DNA of 64,000 nucleotides from Candidatus Latescibacterota bacterium (GTDB lineage: Bacteria > Latescibacterota > UBA2968 > GCA-2709665): contig CAXXJS010000019.1 of NCBI GenBank assembly GCA_963662665.2, positions 23,450-87,449 of the forward strand. Reading direction: 5' to 3'. This document shows positions 61,054-64,000 of this stretch, one piece after another. Both the position numbers and the translations under genes were made by a program. The first letter of the stretch is position 1. Every line of letters starts with the position of its first letter. The notes beneath the pieces were generated by a model that was given only the letters and a program-made list of their open reading frames with translations, searched no databases and was not told the origin of the DNA.

Positions 61054-61230
61054 ATCAGCGGGCTTGACGACGCTGAATTGGAAGACAAACATACGCCTCC
61101 ATTAATCTTACACGGGTCTTTGAAAGCACAAAAGACATCCAACCGCCCGCTATCCGTTCAGGGATGGAAGGCGCCTGAGAATCCCGAAGCGCCAGTGTCC
61201 TCCTCGATTTCCCCCGCGCCGTTTCCTCCT

Positions 61231-61323
61231 TTGACATGACGCGCCCATTCCGTATTATCTAGCAAATTCCAATTTGCAAAAAACAACAAATCGCTTTGGT
61301 ACGCCTCGCAATTCAATAATTGC
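61231..61323 (+). promoter_or_regulatory. promoter with two palindromic operator-like sites
   Basis: TTGACA-16-TATTAT, then GCAAATT-CC-AATTTGC (61262-61277) and GCAATT-CAAT-AATTGC (61308-61323). Confidence 0.55.
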
Positions 61324-61372
61324 AGGTGGCGAGGCAGCCAATTCCCCGATTCGAAACCGGGAGTGATTCCTC

Positions 61373-62743
61373 ATGGAAGCCCACGGAGAAATTGGTCACG
61401 GTAACGGAATACCCGACCGGAATCCGCAGGTTCTGGGCAAGAATTTCATGTTTCCGCCTCACGTGATCGACGATATACACATCAAGGCGAATCTGGGCAG
61501 GTACCGCATGCGCGGCATGGCGCTCTTTAAGACGATCCCATCGTGGGACGACCTCACGTTTCTGCCGGGCACACTCACCCGGTTCGTCATCGAGGGGTAC
61601 CGTGAAAAATGCGAAACCCGGACGGTGCTTGGGCCGAAGGCCGAACGCCCGCTGGTACTGGACATTCCGGTTTATATCACGGGAATGAGTTTCGGCGCGC
61701 TGTCGTACGAAGCGAAGGTGGCGCTGGCCAGAGGGGCCACGATGGCGGGCACCGCGACCTGTTCGGGAGAAGGCGGAATGTTGCCCGACGAGCGCCGGTA
61801 TTCGGAGAAGTGGCTGTACCAGTGCATTCAGTCCCGCTACGGGTTCAATCCTCACCATATGCGTCTTGCAGACGGTGTGGAGTTTTTTATCGGTCAGGGA
61901 TGCAAGGTTGGACTCGGCGGGCATCTGATGGGCCAGAAGGTGACCGACCAGGTGGCTGAAATGCGTTCGTTGCCGGCGGGAATCGACCAGCGATCGCCGG
62001 CCAGGCACCCCGACTGGCTGGGGCCGGACGATCTGGCATTAAAGATCGAGGAGATTCGTGAGGCGACCAACTGGCAAATACCCATCCAGTTGAAACTTGG
62101 CGCGGCGCGGGTTTACGACGATGTGCGGATGGCGGCCAAGACCGGGCCCGACAGCATCTATATGGACGGGATGGAGGGCTCGACGGGAGCCGGGCCCCAC
62201 CTGGCCACCGAGGAGACGGGCGTACCGGGCATCGCGGCCATCAGGCAGGCCAGAAAGGCACTCGACGACGTGGGCAAGACCGGGGAAATTACGCTGGTCT
62301 ATGCCGGCGGGATCCGAAACGGCGCCGACGTTGCCAAGGCGCTTGCTCTCGGAGCCGATGCGGTCGCGATCGGCACTGCGGCGATGGTGGCGCTGAATTG
62401 CAACAAGGATATCCCGGAGGCAGACTACGAGGGTACGGTCGGCGTTCCGGCGGGTTACTGCTACCATTGTCATACCGGGCTGTGTCCGGTGGGCGTGGCC
62501 ACCCAGGATCCGGTGCTTCGAAGCCGCCTGGACCCGGATGAGGCGGCCGAACGGGTGTATAACTTCCTGCATACCCTGGCCATCGAATGCCAGATGTTCG
62601 CCAGGGCCTGCGGAAAGACCGACGTCCATTCCCTGGAGCCGGAGGACCTTGCCGCGCTGACGATGGAAGCATCCGCCATGGCGGAGGTGCCGCTTGCGGG
62701 CACCCGCTATACGGTGGGGCAGCCAGAAATGAACAGGTATTAA
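61373..62743 (+). CDS. FMN-binding glutamate synthase family protein (MgsC/GlxD-like)
   Basis: EGYREKC, MSFGALS, SGEGG, RSPARHPDW.GPDDL, GGIR.G.D..KA.ALGAD, C..CHTG.CPVGVATQD. Confidence 0.88.
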   Translation: MEAHGEIGHGNGIPDRNPQVLGKNFMFPPHVIDDIHIKANLGRYRMRGMALFKTIPSWDDLTFLPGTLTRFVIEGYREKCETRTVLGPKAERPLVLDIPVYITGMSFGALSYEAKVALARGATMAGTATCSGEGGMLPDERRYSEKWLYQCIQSRYGFNPHHMRLADGVEFFIGQGCKVGLGGHLMGQKVTDQVAEMRSLPAGIDQRSPARHPDWLGPDDLALKIEEIREATNWQIPIQLKLGAARVYDDVRMAAKTGPDSIYMDGMEGSTGAGPHLATEETGVPGIAAIRQARKALDDVGKTGEITLVYAGGIRNGADVAKALALGADAVAIGTAAMVALNCNKDIPEADYEGTVGVPAGYCYHCHTGLCPVGVATQDPVLRSRLDPDEAAERVYNFLHTLAIECQMFARACGKTDVHSLEPEDLAALTMEASAMAEVPLAGTRYTVGQPEMNRY

Positions 62744-62764
62744 ACGGCGGAAGGACGCAAGTAG

Positions 62765-62795
62765 AAGGAAAAAGGAAAAAGGAAAAAGGAAGAAG
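62765..62795 (+). repeat. purine heptamer tandem repeat (AAGGAAA) x~4
   Basis: AAGGAAAAAGGAAAAAGGAAAAAGGAAGAAG directly visible. Confidence 0.7.
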
Positions 62796-62862
62796 ACCAC
62801 AGCCTGCACCACCGGCCTGGTATTCTTCTTCCCCGGACGGGGCACCGCTACAGGAGAATCCG

Positions 62863-63279
62863 ATGGACGAAACCAAAGACGTGAACTACTACCTGAAGTC
62901 CACGGGGCTCGACTCGGACCGCGAGAAGGAAATCGGACAGCACATCGGATATCGGTACGACGTGAACCTGCCGCCGGACTATACGCTTCTGACGCCGTAC
63001 CTGAAGCGGTACATGGAGGCGATGGGGTGGCGGGACCTGAACTGGCTGGAAGATGTACATATGGGATACGAAGACGGAAAGCCCGCGGTATTCGATCGGA
63101 ATATCAACGGCTGGGTGCTGGTCCCCGAAGATGTGGCGTTGCCGGACAACCAACAGGAGCGCGACATGATTGCGCGTGAACTGCTGGTCAAGTTTCAGAT
63201 GTCCGAAAAGCATCCCGTCATGGAACTTGGCGACGCGTACGGAATAAAACTTGAAGACGACGGCGGAGCGCGCGGGTAG
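62863..63279 (+). CDS. hypothetical protein
   Basis: AGGAGA RBS; 138 aa, globular composition (YRYDVNL, LNWLEDVHMGYE). Confidence 0.7.
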   Translation: MDETKDVNYYLKSTGLDSDREKEIGQHIGYRYDVNLPPDYTLLTPYLKRYMEAMGWRDLNWLEDVHMGYEDGKPAVFDRNINGWVLVPEDVALPDNQQERDMIARELLVKFQMSEKHPVMELGDAYGIKLEDDGGARG

Positions 63280-63328
63280 CGCGTGGTCGAGTCGCAAACT
63301 CGGCATCGCAATTGAACCTGGAGGCGTT

Positions 63329-64000
63329 ATGGGCAAATCGAAGATGTGGGGTCCTGATGCGTTTTGGGGTCTGGACTACGACTGGGACCCCCAGTGGGTA
63401 TTGACGCACGAGCAGGAGGCGCTTCAGGAGAAGCTGATCGACCTTTGCCGGACGACGCTGCGGGATAACGCGGTAGAGAGCGATCGCGACCTCGTGTTCC
63501 CTCGGAAGAACTTCGAGGCGCTGGCTTCGCTGGGCCTGCTGGGATTGAACGTGCCGCGGGAATGGGGAGGTCTGGGAGAAAACCATACCTGTACCGCGAT
63601 GGTGGTGGAGACGATCGCGCGTTACGGCTGCGCCAGTACGGCGATGTGTTATACCATGCACATTGGGGCCGTGGCCGCCGCCTTGTTCCGGGCGCACGAC
63701 AACGCGACGCTACAGGACCTCATGAAGCGCCTCGACAGGGACGTCCTGGTGGGCACGTTGTCCTATTCGGACCCCGAGACGGGTTCTCACTTCTGGTATC
63801 CAATATCGTCAGGAGCGGAACGGGTGGCGGGTGGCTGGAAGGTGCGCAAAAAGGCGTCGTGGACGACGTCAGCGGGTTTTGCCGACTGGTACATCGTGCA
63901 GACGACAAGTCCTGATTTCGGCGGTGATTACTCGAATCTGTCCTGTTTTCTCGTCATGGCCGAGGAGGTGATAGCGGAGCCGTCCCTGTGGGACGGCCTG
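63329..64000 (+). CDS. acyl-CoA dehydrogenase family protein, 5' part (runs off window)
   Basis: Manual translation from ATG 63329 (GGAGG RBS): GLLGLNVP.EWGGLG, CASTAMCY.MH, SYSDPETGS, KKASWTTS. Confidence 0.85.
   Translation, partial: MGKSKMWGPDAFWGLDYDWDPQWVLTHEQEALQEKLIDLCRTTLRDNAVESDRDLVFPRKNFEALASLGLLGLNVPREWGGLGENHTCTAMVVETIARYGCASTAMCYTMHIGAVAAALFRAHDNATLQDLMKRLDRDVLVGTLSYSDPETGSHFWYPISSGAERVAGGWKVRKKASWTTSAGFADWYIVQTTSPDFGGDYSNLSCFLVMAEEVIAEPSLWDGL

Noticed and set aside
61297-61311. sigma-54-like TGGTAC...GCA
   Set aside because: GG-to-GC spacing is 8 nt, not the required 10
1-64000. Genome-wide TGA recoding (code 4/25) as the explanation for the in-frame TGAs
   Set aside because: Many conserved genes (rlmN, folB, panC, miaB, lipA) end in TGA at their expected C-termini, and Trp is encoded by TGG throughout
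1-64000. CRISPR arrays, tRNA (including tRNA-Sec), rRNA, transposases, phage genes
   Set aside because: No regularly spaced repeats, cloverleaf or recognisable motifs seen by eye; a covariance-model scan was not possible

Overview
A GC-rich, gene-dense bacterial window. It is probably from an FCB-group/Latescibacterota-like organism, possibly host- or sponge-associated; this is inferred from a short RpoD, a GWxTD protein, a TonB receptor and ankyrin/NHL lipoproteins. The first ~40 kb is mostly housekeeping: rlmN end, murA, CCA enzyme, cysC, murD, sigma-70, folB-folK-dNK-panB-panC, sodA, rny, nuoI, queG, miaB, lipA, a frameshifted ior and dusA. The last ~24 kb is accessory, with amide/lactam hydrolases, PhyH, repeat lipoproteins and an FMN glutamate-synthase-like gene. 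The main discovery is two secreted outer-membrane beta-barrel-type genes that the ORF track truncates at in-frame TGA codons: 49810..50472 with a U-x-x-U pair and 59298..60272 with one TGA. In each, the TGA lies between a clean signal peptide and the barrel and is followed by a similar CTCC-GGG-GGAG hairpin at bacterial-SECIS distance, and each gene is adjacent to a TlpA thioredoxin. This points to a candidate selenocysteine outer-membrane channel plus redoxin system. Also notable are a three-copy MITE with 4-bp target duplications, a plant-HPR1-like hydroxypyruvate reductase, a BpsA-like polyamine synthase, a Cys-depleted IscU and several probable single-base indels. No tRNA, rRNA, CRISPR array or Sec-machinery gene was seen. 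All family calls come from motif recognition, not database searches.
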